A stretch of 64,000 bases of DNA from Verrucomicrobiota bacterium (GCA_046346715.1 JAXMHO010000007.1:35517-99516), one strand, 5' to 3'. Counted from the stretch's first letter, positions 35,775 through 45,057 are shown. The notes: generated from the sequence alone by a model not told the origin. Made by a program: numbers and translations.

Positions 35775-36596
35775 CTAGATGGACTCCTTCTTCTTGTCCG
35801 GGAATGGGCCCCAGTTCGCCTCGGAGTCTTCGGCGTGATTGTAAACGTTCTTCCCATCCTTCAAGAACGGCGTCGCCATCGCCCACGGTTTGCCGTCGGG
35901 GCGGTTGATGGGTGCGCCGCTGTATTGGGGAAGGTAAATGCGGCGCATGCGGTTCGTCTTGTTCGCGCCGCTGCGATGGAACAGAAAGCTGTCGAACGCC
36001 ACGATGCTGCCGGCGGGAACGATCAACGGATCACCGGGATCGCTGCCGGTGTAGCCGATCAGGTCGTTGGTGCCCTCCTCCTTGAAATGGTCGATCAGCT
36101 TGCCGCGCGTGCCGCCACGGGAATGCGGGAGGATGTAAACGGTGCCGTTTTCCTCATTCACCGCGTCAAGCGTGCACCAGCAGGTGACGTAAGGCTTGTG
36201 GTTGGTGGTGGGGTCATACCACTTCACGTAGCCGCTGTCCTGGTGCCAGGCGAACTTCATGCCCTGCTCGGCGCCCTTGACGACCCATTGTTCGTGGAAC
36301 AACTGGGCGTTGGGTCCGACCGTCGCCTCGGCAACTTTCGCCATGAGGTCGCTGAAGATGAACTGGTAAAGGCGATTGCTCAGACGGTAGCGGTTGTTGA
36401 TGAAGTAGCGGTTGCCGCGATGGGTGATGCCCACGCTCTTGACCCCCTTGGAGTCCATCAGCGCGTCCATGTAGCCGATATAGTAGGAGCACTCCTCGCG
36501 GAGCATTTCGAGCATGTCGGGCGGGATGACCGCCGGCAAAATCATGTAGCCTTCCTTCTGGTAAAGGTCCCGTTGTTCTTTGGAAATGGTGATCAT
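35775..36596 (-). CDS. Phytanoyl-CoA dioxygenase (PhyH) family Fe(II)/2-oxoglutarate-dependent oxygenase
   Basis: LYQKEGYMILPAVIP...WHQDSGY (the HxD facial-triad region)...FHRSGAN has a PhyH-like layout. Confidence 0.7.
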   Translation of the reverse strand: MITISKEQRDLYQKEGYMILPAVIPPDMLEMLREECSYYIGYMDALMDSKGVKSVGITHRGNRYFINNRYRLSNRLYQFIFSDLMAKVAEATVGPNAQLFHEQWVVKGAEQGMKFAWHQDSGYVKWYDPTTNHKPYVTCWCTLDAVNEENGTVYILPHSRGGTRGKLIDHFKEEGTNDLIGYTGSDPGDPLIVPAGSIVAFDSFLFHRSGANKTNRMRRIYLPQYSGAPINRPDGKPWAMATPFLKDGKNVYNHAEDSEANWGPFPDKKKESI

Positions 36597-36669
36597 GTCC
36601 AGACGATGGCAAAAATGGGTTGGCTGGGCTTCTCATTTTGCCCGCGTCTTGTTATCATTTTTTGTCGTC

Positions 36670-37476
36670 ATGCGCCAAAAGCTTGAACTGCCCCGGACAC
36701 TGGAAGGCAACCTCTGGCATTACCACCAGCAGGGACGGGCGAACGCCATGCATCATCATGCCGAACTGGAGTTCAACCTCGTCACGCAAGGCAGCGGCCT
36801 GTATCTCCTGGAACAGAGCAAATACCACATCCGGCGCGGTGACCTGCTGTGGCTGTTCCCTGCACAGGAGCATGTGCTGGTCGAGCAATCCGCGGATTTC
36901 GAAATGTGGATCGGGGTCATGAAACCGCGGGCCATCCAGCGCATCGCCACCGACGAAAGCACTAGAGTTCTGCAGGCAAAGAATCCGGCGGGAGATTTCT
37001 GCCGACGACTGTCCCAGCCCGCCCTGCAACGGCTGGAGCAGCTGTTCTCGGAAATTGTCGCCACCGGAGATCAACCCGGGCTATTCAATGCCGGACTGGC
37101 CTACTCTTTTCTGTCAGCGTGGCAGGAATATCAAAAGGCTGCCGAGGTCCCCGTGCTGGATGTGCATCCCGCCGTGGAAAAAGCCGCCCGGCAGATCCGC
37201 AACCAGAACAACACCCTTTCCCTCGATGAACTCGCCCGCCATGCCGGTCTCAGCGCGCATCGCCTAAGCCGGCTGTTCAAACAGCAAACCGGCGTCGCCC
37301 TGGTGGACTTCCGCAACCGGCAGCGGGTGGAACGGTTCCTTCAGATCTACGGCACCGGCCAGCGGCACACCATGCTGGATGCGGCGCTGGCGGCGGGCTT
37401 TGGCAGCTACGCCCAGTTTCATCGCGTCTTCAAACGCGTGACCGGACGTTCGCCAGGGAAGCACCGGCAGGCTTAA
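36670..37476 (+). CDS. AraC-family transcriptional regulator (cupin sensor + HTH)
   Basis: An N-terminal cupin-like HHHAELEFNLVTQGSG is followed by the C-terminal HTH ARHAGLSAHRLSRLFKQQTG...GFGSYAQFHRVFK. The start was trimmed to ATG 36670. Confidence 0.8.
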   Translation: MRQKLELPRTLEGNLWHYHQQGRANAMHHHAELEFNLVTQGSGLYLLEQSKYHIRRGDLLWLFPAQEHVLVEQSADFEMWIGVMKPRAIQRIATDESTRVLQAKNPAGDFCRRLSQPALQRLEQLFSEIVATGDQPGLFNAGLAYSFLSAWQEYQKAAEVPVLDVHPAVEKAARQIRNQNNTLSLDELARHAGLSAHRLSRLFKQQTGVALVDFRNRQRVERFLQIYGTGQRHTMLDAALAAGFGSYAQFHRVFKRVTGRSPGKHRQA

Positions 37477-38318
37477 GCCGTGAGCCTGCACCAGAGCTGG
37501 TCGATCTCGCGACGCAGGATCTGCTTTTCCTCCCAGCTGTTCTTGAACGTGGAAAGCCTGTAGCCACCTTCGAGCGGGCCAAGTTCGGGACAGATGAAAA
37601 TCTCGCGGCCAGTGTGGCGGTTCCCCCCCAGCCACACCTTCAAAAGCGCCTCGGCAAACGGCAGCCAGTCCTGCACCTCCAACGTGAGGTTCCCGTTGCC
37701 GTCCGTGATGGGCACCTGCACATGATGCCCGTTGAACGGCCGGAAGTGAAACTGCTGGGCGTGCTGGATCAAGTCGGGCCGCACCAGGAGGCGCTTGGCG
37801 AAATTCTCGGGCACCAGGTGCTTCACCACGGCGAAGTGCGAGAAATCAATCGAGAGCGGGAGGAGCTCGCCGGTCGCCTTCTGATACGCATCGCACAGCG
37901 CGTAGTGCTTCTCCGGAGTCTCCGTGCAGGTGCCGCGATGGGTTTCAACTCCGGGAACGACCCCGATGCGCTTGCCTTCGCGATTCAGCACCAGCGCAAG
38001 TTCCAGAGCTTCGGGCGTCAGCACTTCATCGGCGGCGAGCTGGACATTCACATGCACCGCCCCGCAATCCTTTTGCTCCTGCAACAGCCGGGGAAAATCC
38101 GCGGCCTTCCCCGAAGCCATGCCGCCGACAAAGATCAAGCCGTGCCTTTTGCAGCCGGCGGCCAGCTCCGGGCTGCCACCCCAGCAGACACCGTCAAAGC
38201 CGGCGGCTTTCATGGCGGCGAGTTTCTGGTCGAGCGACCATTCGCTTTCCTTCGTCGGATGCCCCATGAAGGTCCAGAGGTTGGCGATGTGACGAAGAAC
38301 GGGTTTGGGGGTGGACAT
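37473..38318 (-). CDS. Xylose isomerase-like TIM-barrel protein (sugar isomerase/epimerase)
   Basis: At 281 aa it has the size and composition of AP-endonuclease-2/xylose-isomerase-like TIM barrels (AAGFDGVCWGG, ...VETHRGT..., IDFSHF). The assignment is by resemblance only. Confidence 0.5.
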   Translation of the reverse strand: MSTPKPVLRHIANLWTFMGHPTKESEWSLDQKLAAMKAAGFDGVCWGGSPELAAGCKRHGLIFVGGMASGKAADFPRLLQEQKDCGAVHVNVQLAADEVLTPEALELALVLNREGKRIGVVPGVETHRGTCTETPEKHYALCDAYQKATGELLPLSIDFSHFAVVKHLVPENFAKRLLVRPDLIQHAQQFHFRPFNGHHVQVPITDGNGNLTLEVQDWLPFAEALLKVWLGGNRHTGREIFICPELGPLEGGYRLSTFKNSWEEKQILRREIDQLWCRLTA

Positions 38319-38357
38319 GATATTTCTTTGGAAGCGATCAATTCGGAGCATTTATGA

Positions 38358-39840
38358 CTACAACACCCGCTTCACGGCATTCTGCCAGCCGACATGCAAC
38401 CGGGTAGCTTCCGGAAGTGGCATCCTGGTTCGGAAAACGGTCTGCGGACGTGGCAGCTTTTCCAAGTCACGGAAAGATTTGCAGACGCCTAGACCGAGCA
38501 GTCCGTTCATCGCCGCGCCCCAGGCTGAACTCTCGGCGACTTCGGCCACCTTGATCTCGGTGCGCGTCAGGTCGGCGGTGAACTGCATGAGAAATTTGTT
38601 CCGCGTCGGACCGCCGTCGGCGTGCAGACTTTGCAGCTTCACCTTGGCGTCGGCGCGCATCATGTCGAGCACGTCGCGGATCTGGTAGCTAATGGCTTCC
38701 TGCGCGGCGCGGACGACGTGGGCTTTGTTCGTGTGCGCCGTCATGCCCAGGATGGCCGCCCGCGCTTCCGGCGACCAATACGGCGCGCTCAACCCCGCAA
38801 ACGCCGGCACGAGATAAACGCCGCCGTTACCCTTCACGCTCAACGCCAGCTTCTCAACCTCCGCCGCGCTTTGAATCAAACCAAGCTGATTTTTGAGCCA
38901 TTCAATCGTCGCTGCGGAAAAATTGATGAGTCCTTCGAACGCGTAAGTGGGTTTGCCTTGGTAAACCCAGGCGAGCGCGGTAACGGCGCCTTTCTGCGAG
39001 ACGCGCAGTTGGTCGCCGATGTTGAGCAACACGCTCGTGCCCGTGCCGAACGTGGCTTTCGCCGTGCCGGGTTGATAACACCGCTGCGCAAACAGCGACG
39101 CCTGGGAATCGCCCATCACGCCGACAATCGGAACGGTCTTGGGCAACAGGCCATTCAGATTGGTTTCACCAAACTGCGCGGCGCTCTCGCGCACTTCCGG
39201 CAAAGCGCTCGCCGGAACTTTGAAAAGTTTACACAACTCGGCATCCCACTTCAGTTTGCCAATGTCGAACAGCAGCGTGCGGCTGGCGTTGGTAAAGTCG
39301 GTGGCAAAGACGTGTCCCCCGGTTAGCCGGTGAATCAGATAGGCGTCAATCGTGCTGACGACGGCCTCGCCGCTTTTGAGTTTGGCGGCGATGGCCGGTT
39401 TGTTTTCCACCAGCCAGCGGACTTTCGACGCCGAGAAATACTGTCGATCTTCAGCCCCGTTTTTCTGGAGCACGCTTGGGCCGTGACCTTGTTTGTCCAG
39501 CGCACCGCAGATGGCATCACCGGCGATCCTGCCAGACCAACGCGTTGTGCAGCGGCTTGCCGGTCTTGCGGTCGAACACCAGCACGGTCTCGCGCTGGTT
39601 CGTGATGCTGAGCGCGGCAAGCTTGTTCAGCAGGACAATTGCGCTTGGCGATCTCGCCGATGACCGCGAGGACGTTTTTCCAGATTTCCTCGGCGTCATG
39701 TTCCACCCAGCCGGGCTGCGGATAGATCTGGCGATGGTTGCGGGAGGGTTTTGTCCAGCACCTTGCCGCGCATCAAAGAGCACGGCTTTCGTGGCGGAAG
39801 TGGATTGGTCGAGGGCGAGAGGATCATGAGTGAGAAACAA
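38358..39840 (-). pseudogene. FGGY-family carbohydrate kinase (glycerol-kinase-like), multiply frameshifted
   Basis: The kinase sequence must be pieced together from three frames. [17 protein letters not shown] comes from ORF 39517..39840, GKVLDKT from ORF 39696..39920 and [33 protein letters not shown] from ORF 39335..39706. [38 protein letters not shown] returns to the first frame, and [10 protein letters not shown]... to the end comes from ORF 38358..39620. Shifts lie near 39768, 39746, 39637 and 39520, with a compensating pair at about 39461/39440. Confidence 0.8.
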
Positions 39841-39916
39841 AGGCGGCGCAGCAGCGCCTTTCTGTTACGGTAGGGACGCGCTGCTGCGCGTGCCAAATTA
39901 CACTGTGCCGGTGAAG

Positions 39917-40918
39917 TCATTTCTTTAGCAGGCTCAACGCCGTCTCGCTCAACCCTTCCATGCTGATGCCGTAGTGCCGGAAGATGTCCGCCTGCGCGCC
40001 GGGAACGGTTTCCTCATCAGGTATGCCCACGATGCGGAAGGGTTTCCACACGCCCGCTTGCAAGAGTGTAGAGGCTACCGCTTCACCGAGTCCGCCGTTG
40101 CACCATGTGTTCTTCCACCGTGACGACGGCTTTGCATTCGCGACCGGCTTTGAGGATGGCTTCCGTGTCGAGTGGCTTCACGGTGTGGACGGATAACACG
40201 CGTGCTTGGATACCGTTCCCCGGCAAGCTGTGCGGCGGCGAGGACAGCATGAACCACCGTTTCGCCGTTGGCGAGGAACGCCACATCGTTGCCTTCGCGC
40301 AGCGTGATGGCTTTGCCGACTTCAAACTTCGTTTCCGGTTTAGCAGACCATACATCGCGGCTTTGCCGAAGCGGACAAAGACCGGCTTTGTCGCCTTGGC
40401 GGCGGCGAGGATGACTTGGCGGGATTCAAAGTTGTCGGCGGGGACGATGATGGTGAGGTTGTTGATCGCGCGCAGGACGGCGAGGTCGTGCAGCGAATGA
40501 TGCGTCGTGCCGAGTGCGCCGTAGCTCGTGCCGGAGCTGATGCCGACCAGCACGGCGGGAACGTCCGAGTAACAGACATCATTTTGATCTGCTCCAGCGA
40601 CCGCGCCGTGAGGAAGCAGCTCGGCGAAACACCGAACGCCTTCTTGCCGCAGGCCGCGAGACCGGCAGTGATGCCGACGAGGTTTTGCTCCGCGATGCCG
40701 ACTTCCACAATCTGCTTGGGCAGCGCCTTGCCGAACGGCGCGAGCTTGCCTGAGCCACGCGAGTCGCTGGTGACGGCGATGATGTTCGGGTTTGCCTTCG
40801 CGAGTTCTTCCAGCGTGGCAGCAAACTCTTCGAGATTGGCGCGGCCCATTTTCAGGCCGAGCTTTTCCGCCGTGGCTTTTGCCGCAGGCGTGAACATTGA
40901 GGGTGCGGGTGCGCTCAT
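39917..40918 (-). pseudogene. Transketolase C-terminal (pyrimidine-binding) subunit, multiply frameshifted
   Basis: MSAPAPSMF...IVEVGIAEQNLVGITAGLA...SLEQIK comes from frame 1. (N)DVCYSDVPAVLVGISSGTSYGALGTTHHSLHD...FGKAAMYG comes from frame 2, and AKPETKFEVGKAITLREGNDVAFLANGETVVHAVLAAAQLAG from frame 3. NGIQARVLSVHTVKPLD...VTVEEH returns to frame 2, and NGGLGEAVAS...LSLLKK* to frame 3. The first shift is at the T-run 40582-40585. The others lie near 40345, 40215 and 40100. Confidence 0.8.
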
Positions 40919-40954
40919 GGGTGGGAAAATATCAATGATTTGAAAAAGCTGGGA

Positions 40955-41008
40955 AGCCCCTCTCCCTGTCCCTCTCCCCGCGCTTCGCTGCGGGGCGAGG
41001 GAATCGGA
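40955..41008. repeat. REP-like hairpin repeat type A, copy 1
   Basis: The sequence is agcccctctccctgtccctctccccgcgcttcgctgcggggcgagggaatcgga. It contains an imperfect 12-bp palindrome, ccctctccccgc/gcggggcgaggg. Confidence 0.8.
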
Positions 41009-41102
41009 AGCGTGCTGTATTTTGCCAGCGCTCGGGCAACATGAATCACCCATGCAACACGACGCTGTAATGCCAGAGCAGCATCGAACGCACGCGCGCC
41101 CA

Positions 41103-41153
41103 CTCCCTCTCCTCCATTCGGAATGGAGGAGAGGGCTGGGGAGAGGAGGTGCT
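41103..41153. repeat. REP-like hairpin repeat type B, copy 1
   Basis: The sequence is ctccctctcctccattcggaatggaggagagggctggggagaggaggtgct. The palindrome is ccctctcctccatt/aatggaggagaggg. Confidence 0.8.
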
Positions 41154-41168
41154 CTTGAAAATTGCGGC

Positions 41169-41870
41169 TCACTTTGCGTTTCCTTTCCTCGGAATGATTC
41201 TGTCAGGATTGGGCGGAACAAACCGATGGTTCTGAACCTTGCGCATCACGGCAACACACCCAGTGCGACGATGTAAGGCTTCCCAAACCTCCAGCAACAC
41301 GCCCTCACGATTCTTGTTCCATTGATGATTCCAGAACCGGAGTTCTTCGATGCCTTGCGAAGCTAGAAATTTTGTTCGCTCGGCGTCGTGCTGCAACTGC
41401 TCCGGCAAGCCGTGTTGAAAACCATCCAGCTCGATGGACAACTTCGCGGTGGGGCAATAGAAGTCGAGGTAGTGGTCGCCTACTTCGTGCTGCCGACGGA
41501 ATTTGAATCCAGCAAAGCGTCCGGCTTTCAACGCTTGCCAGAGTTGTTTCTCCTCGTCTGTTTGGTTGCCACGCAACAGGCGGGCGAGCGTTTTTGGAGC
41601 AGCCCCTCTCCCTAACCCTCTCCCCGCTCTTGCGTCGCAGGGAGAGGGAATCGACTCCGCGCCACGGACGTTCTTGGTATTGCGGATGCCATCAGTCTGG
41701 CGACCGGATGGAGCGTTGACTCCCTCTCCTCCATTGGATGGAGGAGAGGGCCGGGGAGAGGAGGTGCTTTGGCCGAGTTCATGAGCAGCCCCTCTCCCTA
41801 ACCCTCTCCCCACTCGCGCCTCGCGGGGAGAGGGAATCGCGCGGTTAGTGATATCACAGGTGCTGGGCAT
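41169..41870 (-). CDS. DUF559 (Vsr-like endonuclease domain) protein with repeat-encoded N-terminal region
   Basis: The C-terminal LLRGNQTDEEKQLWQALKAGRFAGFKFRRQHEVGDHYLDFYCPTAKLSIELDGFQH...FLASQGIEELRFWNHQ is typical DUF559. The N-terminal part (IPSPREARVGRGLGRGA, twice) is translated from the REP-like repeats. The start is uncertain; ATG 41870 was taken. Confidence 0.65.
   Translation of the reverse strand: MPSTCDITNRAIPSPREARVGRGLGRGAAHELGQSTSSPRPSPPSNGGEGVNAPSGRQTDGIRNTKNVRGAESIPSPCDARAGRGLGRGAAPKTLARLLRGNQTDEEKQLWQALKAGRFAGFKFRRQHEVGDHYLDFYCPTAKLSIELDGFQHGLPEQLQHDAERTKFLASQGIEELRFWNHQWNKNREGVLLEVWEALHRRTGCVAVMRKVQNHRFVPPNPDRIIPRKGNAK
41601..41654. repeat. REP-like hairpin repeat type A, copy 2
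   Basis: The sequence is agcccctctccctaaccctctccccgctcttgcgtcgcagggagagggaatcgac. Confidence 0.8.
41720..41768. repeat. REP-like hairpin repeat type B, copy 2
   Basis: The sequence is ctccctctcctccattggatggaggagagggccggggagaggaggtgct. Confidence 0.8.
41787..41840. repeat. REP-like hairpin repeat type A, copy 3
   Basis: The sequence is agcccctctccctaaccctctccccactcgcgcctcgcggggagagggaatcgcg. Confidence 0.8.
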
Positions 41871-41872
41871 GG

Positions 41873-42709
41873 TCACGCGTTTTGCAGTTTCGCTTCCGCC
41901 GTGTCGAGTTCGGCCAGCGCTTGTTTCAGTTCCGCTTCGCTCGGCACGCCGTGATGCCATTTGGCGACGTTTTCCATAAAGCTGACGCCTTTGCCTTTCA
42001 CGGTGTTGGCGATGACGAAGACCGGTTTGCCTGACGAGGGTTCGGTTAGGGCTTTCGTAAGCGCAGCGTAGTCATGGCCGTTCACACTGCGGACTTCCCA
42101 GCCGAACGCGCGCCACTTTTCGTCGAGCGGCTCGTTGCTCATCACGTCGCGCGTGTGGCCGGTGATTTGGAGCGTGTTGTGATCGAGAATCGCCGTGAGA
42201 TTATCCAACTTATAGTGTGCCGCGGCCAAGCCGCCTTCCCAGTTTGAACCTTCGGCGAGTTCGCCGTCGCCGAGCAGCGTGAAGACGCGGTAGCTGGCGG
42301 CATCCATTTTGCCCGCGAGCGCCATGCCGATGCAGATGGGCAGGCCGTGGCCGAGTGCGCCGGTGTTCATCTCCACACCTGGAATGTGCCGAGTGGGATG
42401 GCCGACGTAGTGCGATTGATAATGGCAGACGGTGTCCAAATCCGATGCCGGGAAAAAGCCGCGGTCGGCGAGCACGGCGTAGAGCGCCTCGACGCAATGG
42501 CCCTTGCTCTGCACGTAGCGATCGCGCGTCGGGCTGGTGAAGGTCTGCGGCGAGACGTTGAGCACGCGGTTGTAGAGGACGTTCAGGATGTCCAGGCAGG
42601 ACAACCCGCCGCCCGTGTGGCCCGCGCCGGCTCCGACGATGAGGTTCAACATCGATTTGCGCAGCGCGCATGCTTTCAGTTGCAGTTCGTGGTCGGTCAT
42701 GAAATTCAT
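41873..42709 (-). CDS. Transketolase N-terminal (TPP-binding) subunit, intact
   Basis: GHTGGGLSCLDIL, SKGHCVEALYAVL, GALGHGLPICIGMA and LLGDGELAEGSNWE (the GDG-x-N TPP motif) are present. The protein is 278 aa. Confidence 0.85.
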   Translation of the reverse strand: MNFMTDHELQLKACALRKSMLNLIVGAGAGHTGGGLSCLDILNVLYNRVLNVSPQTFTSPTRDRYVQSKGHCVEALYAVLADRGFFPASDLDTVCHYQSHYVGHPTRHIPGVEMNTGALGHGLPICIGMALAGKMDAASYRVFTLLGDGELAEGSNWEGGLAAAHYKLDNLTAILDHNTLQITGHTRDVMSNEPLDEKWRAFGWEVRSVNGHDYAALTKALTEPSSGKPVFVIANTVKGKGVSFMENVAKWHHGVPSEAELKQALAELDTAEAKLQNA

Positions 42710-42712
42710 TTT

Positions 42713-43763
42713 CTATTCGTGGCCCAGCATGAGTCTGCGCACCCGCTTGCTTTCGGGCCGTTGCTCCGCCATGCCGATGGCGTTGAGCGGGCCTTTGCGT
42801 TGTTTGCTATTTCCATCAACGACGGCATACCAGCTCGTCTCCACAGTCTTTTTCGGGTCTGCGCCGGCTTTGAGCAAGCGCCGGGCGATCTCATCCTCGT
42901 CTTGGGCGGCGGCATGCATCAACGGCGTCCAACGCGCAACCTGCCACCACGCTGTGCGTTTACATCTGCACCAGCCTTGATGAGCAAATCGAGAATCGCC
43001 AATCGTTCCTTAGGCTTCATTTCTCGTTCTATCGCTGCCATCTCCGCCGGGTTTTTGACGACAGCCACGAACAGCGGCGTGTCGCCCTTCGCATTGGAAA
43101 GCGCCCTAACTGGCAGTCAAACCCAAATTCACATCCCGGGCTTGGCGGCGAGCCCAGTAATTCGACAATCTCCAGGTCGCGCTGAAACACCGGATGATGC
43201 AATCCGTCCATCCGCAGACAACCCGCCTTCAACAGCAGGCGAATCAAGTCCCGGTCAATCTTTGTCGCTTGAATATCGCTAAGCTTAACGCCGTTCGGCC
43301 TCGACGCGTCTTGGCTTTCACATCTGCGCCGTGCTTCAGGAGTTTGGTCATCATTTCGTGATTGCCATCTTCGGCAGCGACCGACAGACGGGAATCTCGC
43401 CGGGATCGCCTTCGTCACTGACTGAGGATTTTTGTTCACGTCCGCGCCGGCTTCGATCAGCAAGTCCACGATTTCACCGTGCCCCGCTTCGCAGGCACTC
43501 ATCAACGGCGAATCCTCGCCCGGGAGTTTTTTGTTCACGTCCGCACCGCTCTTGATCAACTGCTTTACGAGCGAAACCAAACCGTGCTCGGCCGCGGCCG
43601 ACAACAGCAAGAAGCCACCCTTTTGCAGATTCAGAGTCAGTGGTTGATTCGCGTCCCACTCGCCATCGGCAACGCACTTCTCGACCGCCGCCCAATCCTC
43701 GGCGTTGACCAGTTTCCACATGGCTTCGTTGGTTTTCATGTTGTCGCTGGTTGTGTGAGCCAA
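42713..43763 (-). pseudogene. Ankyrin-repeat protein, multiply frameshifted
   Basis: Ankyrin-like segments are spread over three frames. They include GFLLLSAAAEHGLVSLVKQLIKSGADVN, SPLMSACEAGHGEIVDLLIEAGADVN and SVAAEDGNHEMMTKLLKHGADVKAKTRRGRTALSLA. Further segments are DRDLIRLLLKAG, GDTPLFVAVVKNPAEMAAIEREMKPKERLAILDLLIKAGADVNAQ and TPLMHAAAQDEDEIARRLLKAGADP. At least four shifts are required. Confidence 0.7.
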
Positions 43764-43771
43764 CCATCACA

Positions 43772-44137
43772 TCATTCGTGCTGACCCAATCTCGTGTATC
43801 GGGCCTTGCCTCCCTCAGCCCAAACAAGCTGCATGTGATCGCCGCGCAACTCGCACTTCGCCGCATGTGGTCCGGGTCTGGGCGTCGTGCCATCAAATCG
43901 CAGTGTCAGTCTGGCCGGCGGTTCAAACGAATAAGTTCCCATCGTTATCTCCGTGCCGGTGGTCACCTTCACCATTCCGTCCGCCTGAAACGTCAGCAAC
44001 GTGGCTGTGCCCTCCTCCGACCATGTGCCAAAGATGCCGCGCTGGGACTGGCTTGTGGCGCATCCTGCTATGATGAGCAGCAAGATCAGCGTGACCTGCA
44101 CGCTCACCAGCTTCCAAATAGTTTTATACGTTGTCAT
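43772..44137 (-). CDS. Small lipoprotein of unknown function
   Basis: It has a signal peptide with a lipobox (VTLILLLIIAGCATSQ). The 121-aa protein belongs to no recognised family. Confidence 0.55.
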   Translation of the reverse strand: MTTYKTIWKLVSVQVTLILLLIIAGCATSQSQRGIFGTWSEEGTATLLTFQADGMVKVTTGTEITMGTYSFEPPARLTLRFDGTTPRPGPHAAKCELRGDHMQLVWAEGGKARYTRLGQHE

Positions 44138-44150
44138 CAGCGTGAGAATT

Positions 44151-45038
44151 TTATGATTTCTTTTTACCGCCGGATTTTGCGCCGAGCTGCTTGAAAAACT
44201 TCGTCACGGACTCTTCGTAAGCCGCCGCGCCATAATCGGCGGCGGAACTGCCCTCGGCATCCTTGGCTTTCACGTCCACGCCAAGCTTCACGAGCCGTTC
44301 CAGCAATCGCACGGCGATTGCCGCCTCGTCCTCGTCCGACGCATCGCGTGCGAACAATGCCGCCCAGATGAATACCGTCCGGTCATCGGCGCTGGCGGCG
44401 TGCGGATCAGCTTTCGCCTCCAGCAAAGTTTCCATGACAGTTATCTGTCCGCAGCTCACAGCGTCCATGAGTGCGGTTTTGCCCTGCGCATCGCGCAAAC
44501 CCACCGGCACGCCTCGCGCCAGCAGCAACTCGACGATCTCCGTGCGCCCCTTGGCCGCCGCCGCATGCAACGGAGACAACTTCGCACCCGCCTGCAAATG
44601 CGATTTCGCACCCGCCGCCAGAAACGAATTCACCAGCGGCTTCGACCCGATACGAACCGCTTCGACCAGTGGCGTCGTGCCGTTGTTGGACGCCGCGTCG
44701 GGATTCGCGCCGGCCTCGAGCAGCAATTTCACCACGTCCAGATGCGGCTTCTCCGCCTTGCCCGCGAGCAACGCGAAGTGCAGCGCCGTCTGGTCACCCG
44801 CGCCGCCGGACTCACTCGTGGTCCGTGCCGCCACGTCTGCGCCCGCTTTGAGCAGCAGCCTCACGCAATCGGCACTGGCTGCGTTGGCCGCGAGCATCAA
44901 CGGCGTCACGTCGCGGATGTAGCCGTTGACCGTGCGGGCGTTGCCCTCCGCGCCGGCTTTCAGAGCGGCGGTGACTTTTGCGGCGTCGCCGCTTTCACAC
45001 GCTTTGAACAGGGCTGATGAACTGGCTTTCGTTTTCAT
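44151..45038 (-). CDS. Ankyrin-repeat protein (intact)
   Basis: The protein begins MKTKASSSALFKACESGDAAKVTAALKAGAEGN. Repeats follow, such as TPLMLAANAASADCVRLLLKAGADV, TPLVEAVRIGSKPLV, SPLHAAAAKGRTEIVELLLARGV and KTALMDAVSCGQITVMETLLEAKADP. ORF-track ORF 44151..45452 was trimmed to ATG 45038. Confidence 0.75.
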   Translation of the reverse strand: MKTKASSSALFKACESGDAAKVTAALKAGAEGNARTVNGYIRDVTPLMLAANAASADCVRLLLKAGADVAARTTSESGGAGDQTALHFALLAGKAEKPHLDVVKLLLEAGANPDAASNNGTTPLVEAVRIGSKPLVNSFLAAGAKSHLQAGAKLSPLHAAAAKGRTEIVELLLARGVPVGLRDAQGKTALMDAVSCGQITVMETLLEAKADPHAASADDRTVFIWAALFARDASDEDEAAIAVRLLERLVKLGVDVKAKDAEGSSAADYGAAAYEESVTKFFKQLGAKSGGKKKS

Positions 45039-45057
45039 TCTTGTGGTTGCGCGCGGT

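Noticed and set aside
38358-40918. Programmed ribosomal frameshifting or recoding as an explanation for the split kinase and transketolase reading frames.
   Set aside because: There are too many shifts per gene (4-6), in both directions, including a compensating pair. No slippery heptamer or stimulatory structure pattern is evident. Decay or sequence error is far more parsimonious.
40955-41840. Possible CRISPR array suggested by recurring hairpin-containing repeats of about 50 nt.
   Set aside because: Two different repeat types alternate and the spacing is irregular (about 95 to 450 nt). The repeats are imperfect and overlapped by a DUF559 ORF, and no cas genes are present. This fits REP-like elements, not CRISPR.
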